This document shows positions 1 through 21,200 of a DNA stretch of 64,000 nucleotides, one piece after another (position 1 is the stretch's first letter; each line of letters begins with the position of its first letter). The notes beneath the pieces are model-generated. The model was given only the letters and a program-made list of their open reading frames with translations, ran no database searches and was not told the origin of the DNA. Source of the stretch: Trichoplax adhaerens (Eukaryota; Animalia; Placozoa); the NCBI RefSeq assembly GCF_000150275.1, contig NW_002060974.1, positions 155,744 through 219,743 of the forward strand, given 5' to 3'. A program made the position numbers and the translations under genes.

Positions 1-2
1 AC

Positions 3-6829
<6,827 letters not shown>

Positions 6830-8908
6830 ATGATGAAAAACTGATTTATTGTCTTGAATATTCTAGAAAATATTTACTTTTTCACCATCAAATAGCAGTA
6901 TCATATCTAGCACTTACATTTGATATTTATCGATATTCGAGCTGCTATTTTAAATGGAAGTAAATCCTATACACCAATTCAATTTTACAGGTTTGATTAT
7001 CGATCCAAGATATACTTTATAGTTCATATTGTAAAAATCGCCTTTAATATGCTATTACTCATTTTTCTAGTGATTCAGCTATTATTCTTTTATAATATTT
7101 CTAACAGATTTTCTATCTGTACAGCCAAGATTTATAACCTTCGATTAGAATACTGTCTTACAAGATAAGGGATATCATTTTATATCGTGTTGGTCAATAC
7201 GAAAGAGTTGATTGTTTGTAATTGACTCTCAATAATAAAATTTTACAGTTCTTATTTCTATTTTGCTTACAAATCGCTAAAGTAATTCCCAAAAATCGAT
7301 GTTATGATAATGACAATTGAAGGTTTAAAACTGTATAAACATTTATACGCTTATGTTTCCAAGCAGGCAAAAAAGTCTTGTTTATTATCCGGTATTAAAA
7401 AAATCTACAATACAGCAGAGTTTTGCAAAAGGAGCATGCTACAGACAACCCGCACGAAAATATTATCAAGAAAGCTGGAGTGTCGGGTTGGGTCAAGCAT
7501 CAAAATTTTTACGGAACTCTGCAATATAAGCAATGCATCATCAAAATGTTACATTACTTCAGAAGTGATGATAATGCACAAAGCAAAAATTGGTAATCCT
7601 AACAGAGTTGTCATTATGAGACTGGTCTTCTCATGTCAACATTGATATAGACAGATCTAAACCTTTTATCATTTTTGATTTGTGCATAATTTGCGTATTA
7701 AAATGCTAAAGGATAGATTCAATTGTCAACCTGTATCAAGTACGTTTGTGAAATGCAAATGAAGAATATAGTATAAAGTTAGGCTACAAGTAGAATACTA
7801 TGCAATCAAATAGTTAAAATTAAAATATTTGTTTTAGGTGACATTAATGAGGTTGTAATGATCACAGTAAATCATCGGTACTGATCATGATATACAGTAT
7901 ATTTCAACTAAGAAAATTGTTCACTTTAATTAAGGTTGGGAAATGACCCTTTAAAGTATCTTTATCATTACCATACACATTTTACATGGATTAATTGTTG
8001 ATAGTAATGCATTTTGGGCTGACTACTCACCCTTGGAAAGCTTAAATAATTATCAATAACTTTCGGATCTCATTTTTATCATAATTACTGTAGTAAGTCT
8101 ACAGCTTTTCTACAACATTTAATTTTTATCTATCGGCTGCTATTGGTGCTGCTTGCTATACAATTTATAGCCTATAATACAAGTATTAGGAATAATACAG
8201 CACAATCAAGGAGATGGTTTAAACTTAAGCTATGTTTGAGCTATTAAAGGAATTGACCTTTAAACTCTATCTACGAGTCAAAAGCTAGCTATGATGTATA
8301 GCAAATTACATTCATTGATCCTCAATTAATCTTAGTCTGTAGCTACGAATATAAAGTTAGCAGTAAATATACTGATAGAATAGTAAAATGTAATTTATTA
8401 GCTCTTCTAAGGCTAGTATATCGTCAAATGATCTTGTACTTTAGAGTAATAATAATTACACAGGCTAGCATAGACATTGAATAACCTATTCTTTAATCAG
8501 CTTGTTGTCGATTGATCTTGTGCTCTATAAATTTTGTAGCTTTAGCTACGGTAGATGGTAACAAATTCTGAATAGCAAATTATTGTAATCCAATTCTATG
8601 ATGACCAGAATGTTAGGAGTTGATCTCCTACTTTGTATAACTCACTGTTAGAACGGAGAATCATAATGAATATTCCATTTTGATGCTAATTTAATCTGCA
8701 TTATGCTGCAATTTGGCTGTGGACGTTATTCTACCTTTTTAAGGTTGATAATAACTGGTGTATGAAATTTTTAGGATTGAAGTAGTTAATTTAATCCATT
8801 TACGATGTGTTAAAGTCTAAGTTTTGAATCTTAGAAGGATAAAATAGTATCTTTAAGAGTTAAAAATTCTTCTTTTATAAGGGTATGATCGCTTCACGTT
8901 AACTTGTT

Positions 8909-11095
8909 CTAGCTATTTCTATCTTTTTCTTGACCGTTTTCGATGCTTAGTTCATTAATAATAAATTGCAATGGATCTTCAGGTCTTTTATGAATGATTT
9001 CACAGGTTAATTGCTAGCAACGGCAATATAAAAAGATAAAAATGAAAATTATCAACTGTAAATTAACAGATGGTTTACAGACTACCGATGATTGGAAGAT
9101 TTTAATTATGTAATAATCAAATCAAAATTTAAATTTAAATGAAAAAAATTAGGTTAATAAAGATGCTAGAAGGAATGAATAGGTAAAAATTAAGCTTTCT
9201 TCTTCCTAGATTTCGAATTAATTTATAGTTGATGAAAGTCAACTTTAATAAATTAAACTTTATGTATCGTATAATACTATCGATAAATTGAAATCTACAC
9301 GGTTTATTTTTTCTTTTTACTTTCTCTAATATTGCAGATAGTTAAAGTTTATTTGTGGTCATTACGTTTACATCAATAAAAAATCCATAAAATCAATATT
9401 CCCTAATACCAGGCGATAATTGACCGTGAAGGAAGTTAGATAGCTATAATCACTATACTTTAAATATTATGGTTATAACGTATATATGATGATAAAGTGA
9501 TATTATGTATAATAAATTCAAGAAAAATTCAATTTGAGAACACTTTTAAAGCATGAATAACATAAGATTTCGACCCATACTTTTAGTTCATTTGCAAAAT
9601 ATGGCAAAAATATTGCAATTACGATGTTACGATATTTGAAAGTGTAACTATTTAGGCCGTACCAAAGTGATAATGTCAGAGATTAATAGACATTTCATAT
9701 GTTTACTTTATTAAATTGATTTAAATGATAAGATTTGCTTTTGTGAAAAGATGTTTTAAGCGTTGAGGAATAATAATGGCAAAGCATTTATAAGTTACTA
9801 CCAATTATAAATTTGATTACCTTAGTCTTATTGATTTTATAAATATTATTCAACGATAAAATTTACACAGCTGGAAATTTTTGTGCGGGTAGAAGACATT
9901 ATTCAATCTGGATTCTTATATGCTATGATAGTTACTATTCCTTTTTTATTTTATAGCAATTTTTGTTTAATGATAAATTAGCCAAAACTAGAAGCGTTGT
10001 AGAAAGCTATGGGGCAATATATATAGTAGAAGTAATAGATCCTTTCTGGTACCCCGTTGTGTTAATAAGACGACATTGTACTATGAATACTCGATCAAGC
10101 ATAATTTCAATAACTTGTAACATATAAAATTATTGCTATATGTCGTTTTAAAATATATCATATTGTCAGCTATAACCATTTGTATGCTGACTTGGAGCAT
10201 TTTCATTCACTGGAAATGAATTATATCGTTTGATCGAATGGCAAGCTATTTAAAAGCGCGTAATTAGTCCATGAAAAATTATTGCATTTAATTCGGTTGA
10301 TAGGTTACGACATATCGTCATGATACTTGATAATCATAGCCTTAGATCAAATAAGTAAAAAATAGGTTAATTGAAAGGCTACTTTAAGATAATGAGATTA
10401 TGTAAGGTAAAAGTGCTGCTATGAGGAGTAGGTTTACATGAGATGATGATGGAAATAGCAGTCTTCGTTCTATCTATTTAATTGTAATGTAAACTTCTAT
10501 GATAGAGATCTTTTACATTCGATGATCCAATCACGACGCCTTACATTAAATAGCAGAAGATCGGAAATAACATCTGATGAAAACCGTCATTATACTGTGA
10601 TTCAATTAGATAATTTCGATTGAAATATAACGTATCATGCCGTTTATGGATGATCTCCTACGACATAAACGTGGATAAAATTAGGGTGAGTTGGCGTATT
10701 CATTTAGGTATCACGTAAAAGACCGAGATTTCAGGTATTCTACTCAGTTAACGACATATATAACAACATGATAAAATAGTACAGTATTGCTTTTATATAT
10801 TCTTGCTATATTAATTTATTCAATCCAATCAACAGTATTGACTGCACAAAGTAGAAATTAAACTAGTATCGGCGCAAAAGAAGTCATGTTTTCACTTCAT
10901 ACTAACCTGTAACATATGGAGAATTTGATGTTTTTCCATATATTGAATGGCTTTATGATATGGGCTTTCGGTTATTTCGGTGATTTTCTTATTTTCATCC
11001 TGTTGATCATGGTTCGCAGTTATTTCTTTCGTTACTGTAGTTGTCTTCATATCTGTTACCATCGACGATTCTGTTGACGATAATTTTGTTTCCAT
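8909..11095 (-). CDS. Small (97 aa) RIIa/Dpy-30-like dimerisation-docking domain protein, TEX55/C3orf30-like
   Basis: Exon 1 (11095-10907) ends ...SPYHKAIQYMEKHQILHMLQ|GTTAGT. Exon 2 (9013-8909, after a ttgctAG acceptor) reads QLTCEIIHKRPEDPLQFIINELSIENGQEKDRNS*. The join is phase 0 and rebuilds the Y-x-x-K-H-x-I...L....RPEDPLQF docking-domain signature. Confidence 0.8.
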
Positions 11096-11220
11096 CGATC
11101 TTCTACCTCTACTATTACATGCTCCAAAGATGGCTAGTAGTTATGATGATTGCTACAGTGGCAAAATAATGTTTGATCAAGACGATAGTAGAAACAATAC
11201 TAGCAGAGGTTGAGCCCGTC

Positions 11221-11234
11221 GTTGCTATGGAAAC
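11221..11234. promoter_or_regulatory. RFX X-box motif GTTGCTATGGAAAC
   Basis: A 14-bp imperfect palindrome close to the X-box consensus (GTNRCC/TATRGNAAC), 126 bp upstream of the ATG of the docking-domain gene. Confidence 0.6.
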
Positions 11235-13330
11235 CAAAGTGGCGAGTTAATTAGACTGACAATAGTAGCTAAGAGGATAACAATCATTATGCTGACTGAT
11301 TATTTCGTCTATATAGATGCTCATAAATCTCTATGAATTGACTCATTTTAACCTACGTCTTGCTGTGTAGCTCAAGTAAGTATGTTAATTCATAATAAAA
11401 CTATAAATCAATTGTCATTTATAAAACATGGATCACTTACAAAGATTGCATGTAGTATCATGGATGAGAACTAGGTATTGCACTTGATTATACGCTACTG
11501 GACTATTGGTGTAGTAAATAACGGTATTAGAATCTACACATATGTAATTAACGAGTAGTTGTGTAGTTATGGGATAACTAATTGCACATATGTCCATATA
11601 TACGCCTATATTCATACACAATTAATACATAGTACTAGTGTAATACCATCGTATTTAGATACAGCACTGTAACCTAGCATGGTATTATGTAGATTACTAT
11701 ATATTTAGAGATAGTATATACAAGACGTATATTCTTTATACAGCGAGGAATTGGATACAATGACTTAGATAGTACTTTAATACTTAAAGTAGCTCAATAA
11801 AGTTGTGCTAATACATTGCAATTGGTTTGATCTTGATAATAAAATTTCAATCCTCTACCAGTATGAATTAATTATCATAAATCTAGTAAACATTAAGATT
11901 ACAGCATCATTGTACAGCTAAGAAAATACTTAATGTCAAAATTTTATGCTTTTTTGATCAAAGGGGTGAGCATAGCGCAATTTAATTTTTGCTATCGTAT
12001 AACATTTCAAGCTCAAAAGCTAAAAACTAGTTTTTCGGTGAGCTACTTTCACGTTATCACATTCTGTGACGTTAGTATAGTGTTAGAGATGTTTATATCT
12101 GTAATCTCAGGTGATTTAGCTTGTAAGCACGACTGGATTATTTATTGTAATAAAGCTGCCATCTTACGTATCTATCTTGATATATAAGTGCAGCATACAG
12201 TATATGTCAAAATTTCATCTTACCTTATTAAGAAAAAGAAACTAGTGCGATTGATTTTAGATGATCAATTTTGTACAATGCTCAATTCGTATATAATTAT
12301 AACTGACTAGAGTTTAATACCATTATAAAATATTTTCTTAAGCTCTAATATTAATTTGAATATAGTCTTACAAATTGAACTGATTGCTGTTGTTCTGTAA
12401 ATTCCTCTGCGATGCAATAGTTCATTTTTATTTTCAAATGATATTACAAAGATTAATGGTATTTTTGATCTGCTGCCAGCTGTGCACATTGTATTTATAA
12501 AATTTGTTACTAACAGTAAGTACAGTATATTCGTATAGTATTTCAACGCTATATTATCTTCGAGACACCCTACTCTGGTATAGATTATTTTTGTTTTATA
12601 CGCGTACACTGCAGCTAACCGTGTTTATACAAATTTAGCTAGCTCTCAACTATGGTAAGCTAGACAGGCGATGCTATTGGTCGCTATCAAGTGCAGTGCT
12701 AGAATAGAAGGATATAATGCACATTCACTATAAATTTATAACCCATATCATTATTGCCAGTAATTTGGAATTATCATTGAAAAGGGACAAGCAGTTTTAT
12801 TTGTAATATACGCGTATTATTACAAATATAATTTTTTTCATGTTAGTACCAACAATGAAGAAGTATACAACAAAAATGACTTTGCCATATCAACGGTTAC
12901 TTAATTCTATATATATCAAATAAATGTTATCCATCCATTAATTACAAATAATAGACAGTATCGATTAGAAATTACACAAGCTGGAAATTTCTAATCATGG
13001 TAGATGATTGATTGACATAAACTTAATTTTCTCTTTTAGGCTATTTGACGGTCAAACAATACGATGGAATATAGCAATTTTTATCTATGCATGACATGTT
13101 ATGCCTTTGAGATACGACAGCAATGCAATAAACAATCAATTGCATCAGATTCTTTCTATTGATTCATTGGTTTTAAAATAGAAGCTTATTGCTGAGATAA
13201 ATTAAATAGGCAAATTTTCTCTTTGTTAAATTGATTTAGAAAAATCTGTTTAGCAATTATAGCCTTTTGCTTAGAAGATAGTACAAAAATGTAATTGTTT
13301 ATTTGATGAGTTTACATCATCTTTAAGTAA

Positions 13331-16113
13331 TTACCTTTCACTTTTCTTAAGATGTTTGACAAAATTTACAGATCTCATGTAGCTAAGTCCTGATGCAACC
13401 GTTGTAGCTGCAGTCGTAAACCTATTGCCCATCATGATTGATTAAAAATTAGTTCATTAGAAGTAATTAAAAAAATGCTAGAAAAAATAATAAGGCTAGT
13501 GACGAACCATAAGATCTGGAGCATAGGATGATGTATAAAGTCAAATATGGGTGCTGCTATAGACATGAATATCAGCGATAATTGTAGACCGGTATTTAGC
13601 TAGCAAGATAAGAATGGCATGATATTAAATGATATAGCATATGTCTTCAAGTTATATTTGCAAAGTCAGTAAAGGAAATTTGCTTCTAATTATAAATGAT
13701 AAGCTCCCATATTTCCAGTGAGTCGTACTATGTTGAAAAATTTGCAAAATTTTTTAAACGTACTAAACTGTACGCGTAGGTACAAGTATGCAGTAGACAT
13801 TACCTTACTAATACCAAGCGGATGGATTTCGGCGGGAGCATGCCTTGTACTGAAAAATCGGTTGAGAGTAACCTACAATTAAAATAGATAGATATACTTT
13901 TTAAGTTATTCCAATTTACAGTAAGTACCAAAATTACAAATGTATCGAGTCGCTGCGCAGTAGCAAAAATCATACAGGTGGAGGAAGTGTTTTAAATCGG
14001 TAGTAAAAAGCGTATGTCACTAATCCAATGTCTCTTGATAGAATGATTGCAGTAATTTGCCCTAGATACAGTAATAAATGGATCATTAGTAATGGATTAA
14101 TGTGGCTAATTTGTTGATCAATTTTAACCTACATGGAAGTAATGAAGCAGCAGTTAGAGATACGGTTAAGGTACACATAAGAATTTTGTCGGAAACGGGG
14201 TCTAATACGGTTCCAATTAACGATTTTTGGCTAGAGTAACGCCTTGCAATCCAGCCATCCAGCTATATAGAATTAAATGAACAATGATTTACACCTTGAT
14301 AATAAATAGCGACGTAATACTGTCATTTTTATCCTCTATGTCTTCCATAAATAATAATAATTATTGCATCTACAGGTAATCAACAATACATTGCATTAAT
14401 CTATTAATACATTGTGTGTTTGAAAGGTTAACTTTCAAATGAATTCTAGACCAACCATTTGATTTTACTGTATATTATGATATCAGATATACTCCTCATT
14501 CAATAATTGTAATGCAATTACGTTTTAATTTAATAGTAATATACTGTAGCAGATTATGTTCTACTGTCGTTAGACCTATTAACTATGCTGAAATCAACAC
14601 ATTGTGTGTCTGAAACGTTAACTTATAAATGAATTCTAGGCGAAAGATTCAATGTTACTGTCTATTATGATATCAGTTATACTCCATATCCAATAATTAT
14701 AATACCATAGCGTTTTAATTCAATAGCAATATACTGTAGTAGATTATGTTATACAGTAAGTAGATAGACATGTAAAGTTTAACTCTCAATGATCTCATTC
14801 AAAGGCTAGTTGATTAGATGCAGTAATGGCTATATCTAAATTAGCACTATGTAATTGAGATCTACATCTATTCTATTTACCAAATCAGTTAGGCCAGCAG
14901 CAGTGAAAAGTATTAAAGCACTTGTGAAATGATCTTGTAGTAACAAATAGGCCAAGTATGGAGATAGGACAAGTCGTGTCATGGATAAAATATTCGGTAC
15001 GGTTATAATTCGATCTCTCTATTCAAAAACAATGAAGAACGTTATTAGTTTAGTCCTAATCAAAAAAGTTACCGTTGTATCTTCTCAACGCATATTGTAT
15101 TGATATAATACATTACGGTTTAGTGTTAACATTGGCCATATTAAAGTCATCAATGACATGTTGTATGAGCTTGATGATAGGATTCAATGACACTATGTCT
15201 ATTGGCTACGGTTAGTATGTCTACACTACGAGATGCAATAGGCTAAGATGTTTACTAAAACACTTTTCAACTTACATCTATTGTAGAATTGAGTATAGTA
15301 GCCATAGGATGTTGTGTTTTAGGTGGAGGCTATTTTAAGGTTAAACGACGTGACAGTGTCGTCTAAAAAAGTACAACATGTTGTAGGTCATGATGATCTA
15401 CTGCAGCAGCACAAGTTAGTACGATAGTCCTAAGCGATATTCTTTTACAGTATGCTATACGGATAGAGATGCTTGTACTCGTTGTAGTCTATTTTTTCGA
15501 AGAGAATACTACTGTATCGATTGGAAAACAATCATCTTGTCTCTTTTTGAGCGACTGGAAATGATGAGCAATCAACAGAGAATAGATCGTATTCTTCTCC
15601 AGTTATGCTTATCACCCGAGTCGAACTGATCGTAATGGATAGAGACTGCTAACAGCCTCCATGGCAGTATCTCTATCCAAGACACCATCATACAGTAGTG
15701 TCAATAACAAGGACCGAGATTGTATCTTGATGATTGTATCGATAGCTCGTTTAATGTATGCAGGAAAGTATTAGTAGCGCTGCATGGCATAGGATAGTGT
15801 AGCAAAGGCTTGGAGGATGTTGAACTTACAAGTATGGCGTATCATTTGCACTTACATATCGTTCTATTGAAGATGGTTGTTCAGAAGTATAGGATCGTTT
15901 TGGTAATACAACATCTGTTAGAGAAATAGAGCGAATCATTGAAGGAGGTGGTAAAGGACGATGAGTCCATAACATTGCAAGCGATTGGCGACCAGATGTG
16001 CCATTGCTTGCGTTGCAATGAAGCCTTTTGGAAAGCAACAACGTTGTTATGCGACCTTGACGGCCAACTACATGGCCAATACTAGTCATAGGATACCGTA
16101 GAACAGGATACAT
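13331..16113 (-). CDS. CRLS1: Cardiolipin synthase (CMP-forming), CDP-alcohol phosphatidyltransferase family
   Basis: Exons read RDRIITVPNILSMTRLVLSPYLAYLL...AAGLTDL (~15018-14881), then LDGWIARRYSSQKSLIGTVLDPVSDKIL (the DGxxAR...GxxxDxxxD motif, ~14262-14133), SRDIGL, P..ISKLNTGLQL, and TTVASGLSY...KSER* (stop 13331-13333). A short exon at 15329-15276 reads PPPKTQHPMATILNSTID. Putative exon 1 from ATG 16113 is Arg/Ser-rich like a mitochondrial presequence and ends at GTAAGT (~15829). The link between exon 1 and the 15329 exon is not resolved. Confidence 0.9.
14405..14755. repeat. Two diverged direct copies of a ~190-bp unit in a CRLS1 intron
   Basis: cattgtgtgt.tgaaa.gttaactt..aaatgaattctag...tattatgatatcag...atactgtag.agattatgtt occurs at 14410 and 14600. 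Confidence 0.85.
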
Positions 16114-16829
16114 GATTAACAATCCACTTTAGAGTCTAAATAAGGTGTAATAAACTTGCAATAGTAGATTAATTGAGCTTTGATCCGCCGAGAAGGAGCG
16201 GCAATAGAGCAAGAGAGAGAAAAGGAAATGGCTTGCAGCTAGCCAATTTGGCAGTGTTTTGTATGCTTTTAGCGGAGGTCCCTCCTGCTGTTGCCTCTTT
16301 GTCCATACAATCCATTGTTACTATCACAGATTGTATGCTGTAGGCTAGATCGCTGGGTATGTTTTGCGTGATGGAAATGACTTGTTTGCTGAGAATTTGC
16401 AAAGGGATAGAAAATGCTGGTCAGAACGTTCAAAACGTGCTGATCGACTCTTTTACTGGTCATTTGAAGTAGAGTCGATCACTGCAACGCTACATTACCC
16501 TATTGACGATGGCCAAAACTGTCATGTCGTAGTCATCTAAATGAGCAGGTTGGTTTTGCCAAGGATTACGAGAAGAAGACTTTCTTCTTCTTCTAGTAGT
16601 CCATGGCTAGGATGAAGAGCTATTTCAGTCCTTGTGGATTGTATGAATAAGCTCATAGCACTAGTTATTGTGTGTGCTCCGTTGTTTACTTGCAAGCTAT
16701 CATTTGCATATCCTCCATCTTGCTGCATGCAGAACATTTTAAGATCGAGTTCTACTCGTATCATGTTTTATTTGCACAGTAGGCATCGTGGATGCAAAAT
16801 ATCATCATTCACCTCGGCTTTTTCTGATC

Positions 16830-17695
16830 CTATCGGATATCAACATGAATACTAGCAAATTCGATCAAGGCTTACTATCGACAGGTTTTAGCGAGTTTGT
16901 CTAGCTCAGAACGGATAAGCCAATGGCATGATGCCATGGGAGATGAGCAGCATTCTTTGAGCTTGTTATGAGTAACATTCACATACTGTACACAATTTGT
17001 GTTCGCTTCAAATCAATGCCAGCAATCATAGACTACTCTTCTTGTAGTAATCCATGCTACACTACAAGGATATCAACGTGAGTATCGGCAAATTGGATCG
17101 AGCTTTACTATCGACAGGTTTCAGCAACTTGGCCTAGCTCACAATGGACAATTGGACATGCCCTTAGAGATGAGCAACATGACGTACACAATTTGTGTTC
17201 CACTCCAAATCAGTACCTACAATCATGGACTACTTCAAGAAGAGCTCGAAAAAGAAGACATGGTCTTCTTGTAGTAGTCCCTGCTGCACTACAAGGATAT
17301 CAATATGAATATCGGCAAATTCGATCAAAGCTTACTATCGACAGCTTTCAGTAATTTTGTCTAGCTCAGAATGGACAATTGGACATGCCCTTAGAGATGA
17401 GCAACATGACGTACACAACTTGTGTTCCACTCCAAATCAATGCCAGCAATCATGGACTACTAGAAGAAGAGCTAGAAGTCTTCTTCTGGTAGTCCATGCT
17501 GCGCTACAAGGATATCAATTTGAACATCAGCAAATAGCATCAAGGTTTATTCTTGACAGGTTTCAGCAATTTGGTCTAGCTCAGAATGGCCATTCCGAGT
17601 ATGCACCTGAGAAAGGTTCGGTTATCAATGCCTACAATCATGGACCACTTGAAGAAGGTTTGGCCTTCCTCGAGCAGTCCATGCTACACTACAGT
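16830..17695. repeat. Tandem array of ~4 diverged 215-233 bp units between CRLS1 and GNPNAT1
   Basis: The anchor ttactatcgacag / ctagctcagaa recurs at 16872, 17105, 17332 and ~17547. Confidence 0.9.
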
Positions 17696-18249
17696 AGTGA
17701 AGAAAGAGAGGGGCTGTCATCTATTTTCCTAACGCAAAGTATCGATGCCGTTGATCGGACTATTTGGCAGGCCATTGGAAGCAGATTGTCCATCTCCACA
17801 GCTGCAGCTGTGGCAAGTTGGTTGCGCCAGCTGGCGGGCCTACAGCTGCACTCACGATACTATGTCATGAACTTGCCGCAGTATAGTATACTACACTATA
17901 GAGCGTTGAGTAGATTGTCCTTGCTGGTCAATAGGTCCAACATTTGCCAATCAATGCTTTAAGAATGGATTTTCGACGTGGATAATCATCAGGAATTACT
18001 CTATTCCTTGCAGGAGTCCTTGCTGCAGTCGCTGATAGGCATAGACTAGCAGAATATTCTAGCTGTGTGTGCGATGGCTTGGATAGATAGTAGTGTGTTC
18101 TGCTCATGTCGCTGTGATCTATGTCTATGTATGGAGAATCGGTTGTGTATCGCGGTAATAACGACACGTCGACGACCATAGGCTAAGAGTCAATCGATCA
18201 TCCCCTCCCCTCCCCCATTTGATTACGCAATTGATTCAAGTTGGCCATC

Positions 18250-21200
18250 ATGGCGGACGAGGTAAGCATCCCTAGTTATAATTGATTGCTTGTACAAGAC
18301 TAAAATAGGTAGACAACAACGATCAGAGGGTTTATTTTCTTCTTGGTTAGTGAGTGGATAGACAGTTGGTGTAGTATGATGATACTAAACTGTCGATCGA
18401 GAGACGATCATCAAATGGAAGCACGATAGTCTACATTGCGATCAGCTTTCAATCAAATGATTTTAGTCTACAGCTGTAGTAGTTGAACTAGGGATGATGA
18501 AGAATTGATTTTAGTGTAATAGGATCAGTAGGCTCTTGTTGGCTAGTGAGTGGATTGATGGATAACAGTGGATAGACAGTTAGTGTAGTATGATGATACT
18601 AAACAGTCGATCATCGAATGGAAGCACGATAGTCTACATTGCGATCAGCTTTCAATCAAATGATTTTAGTACAGACTACAGCTGCAGTAGTTGAACTAGG
18701 GATGATGAAGAATTGATTTTGGTGTAATAGGATCAGTAGGCTCTTGTTGGCTAGTGAGTGGATTGATGGATAACAGTGGATAGACAGTTAGTGTACTATG
18801 ATGATACTAAACAGTCGATCATCGAATGGAAGCACGATAGTCTACATTGCGATCAGCTTTCAATCAAATGATTTTAGTCTACAGTAGTTGAACTGGGGAT
18901 GATGAAGAATTGATTTTACTGCAATAAAATCAATGGGGGCTTATTCTCTTCTTGGTTAGTGAGTGGATTGATGGATAACAGTGGATAGACAGTTAGTGTA
19001 CTATGATGATACTAAACAGTCGATCATCGAATGGAAGCACGATAGTCGACATTGCCATCAGCCTACAATCTAATGGTCTTATAGTCTAGTTGAACTGGGG
19101 ATGATGAAGAATTGATTTTACTGCAATTGGACAGTTACTACTTGAAATCAATAGGGATCAGGGTAACGATAGGGTTATCGAGGTACAGTCTGAAAAAAGT
19201 AAAGGCCACTTCTCGGTAGATCAAACATAACATGTTCATCGAACTTTGTTGAAAATCAAAGGGACAATTTTTACTTATGCTTGATCAAATTTTAACCAGG
19301 ATGCAATTCATTTTTGACATAGTAACGATCTTATGAAGCTCTGTAAGACCATAGATACTGTAGGTTGTACGATTACATCGATTCCAACTGGCCGATGATG
19401 GGCTTTGTACATGTTATGGATTCGATCTTTCCAATCAGTTTCTGTCAAATATTATCAGCAATATTGTGCTATGTTTTAGTAGAAAGGAGATCGGACGATA
19501 TTCTTCTACCCTTACGACCTATGAAGGGCTTGCTTTAAATAGGGTAGAAATAATGAAAGAATTCGCTTGCATATGTATAGTCTTGACTACCCTGCATACA
19601 ATGTAGAGGTTATTGCTTCTACTCATTACTAAACGACTTTCCAACAGCTTTAGGACTATTACGATCGATCAGAAAGGTCTTCTACTGTAGATGCATCATT
19701 CAATTCGCTTACTGACGTGCACAATCTCAATCATACCGTGTACATTGTAGACATGATTGCTTTCATTAATTTCAATCAACGACCTTCTACCAGCTAGCTC
19801 TAGCACTGTTGTAATAGATCCCCAAAAGGTTGTAAACTGATGCTAAAGGCGTGATTACTCGGATTGGATTTTTCACTCCCAACATTTTCTAATATAGTTG
19901 CTGTAACAATGTTATGATAGACTCAAGAGATCGCAATCCAGATCTCCACATGTTGTCATTCGTATTAATTTCATATGCATTTACTGTATACGTAAAAGTT
20001 GATAATGCAATCATCATTCTACGCATAGGATAATCCAATGACAAAAACGCTACTACGAGCTATCATTCCAAGTAAATTACATCATACCCTAAAGAGGTTC
20101 GATTTGAGCCATTGAATCTCCTACTTTAGTAGCGATGTACAATATTTTAAAATACTCTACTGTAGTCAATTTTACTCGTATAAAATGATAGACGATGACT
20201 CTCATTGATCTAAAATAATTTTCCAACGACGTCCTTATTGGTATACTGTAGGTTGTGAAATGGACAATCTTTTCAATTGAATGAATATACTGGAATTAAA
20301 AATTAGAGCAACATTGTATAGCATAGAATTAGATTAGCCATTAGCCCACTATCCAATAGATAGAACTGGAAATACTATACGGCAGTCCAATTTTATACAA
20401 TTAATTATGGACGATAACTTTTATTTATCGAAACTAATTTTCTAACCAAGTCCATATTCGTGTAGGCTGTAAAATGGATCGTCTTTTAAATTTATTGTTT
20501 GTAATTAAGAATAAAGTAAAGCTGTATAGAATTAGATCAGATATTATGCAATGAATACAGCTTGCTAATTAGTGTTGATAATTTTATTATTATTAACATT
20601 TTGGATATACAGTAGTATGCCACGTCATCAAGCGAGTATACCAGACCATTAGGTTGGCATAGTTGAAATCTGTCTATTTAGGCCATCCATTCAATCAATT
20701 GATTTCCTTCATGCGTCCAATTTCATATTAAGAATGTTAACTCTATTCTTTCTTTATGACATTATATACAGTACATAGATGGATAGTTTTAATTTGTAAT
20801 CCTTTACAAATTAATACTAAATGATTCCTCTGATGTAAACTTTTCAACTATAGTTTGCAGGATTAATGAATCAATTCAATAATGATATGGATAGAGTCAA
20901 AAGTAAAAATATAGCTGACGTCAATCCTACTCTCTTCATTATTGATATTGTTACCACCACCATGTTCCGTCTACAAATTGGTTGACAGTGTGATAGTGAC
21001 TATTAATCCACATCGGTGCAACTAATTCCATAAGCCTTTTTGCCTGCTAATTTAATTTAAAATATAGGCATAGAGCTTAGCGTGACAGTTTAAACCAAAA
21101 CTATTGGAGCAATTGTTGGTGTAAACACTCGTTACTGCATTTGATGTATGAGTATATGCACGTGCATCTGATATGGTAGATTAATCATTTCAGATTGTTG

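Noticed and set aside
17357-17962. 201-aa ORF on +
   Set aside because: It starts at TTG inside the 215-233 bp tandem array and has no recognisable domain; probably a chance open frame.
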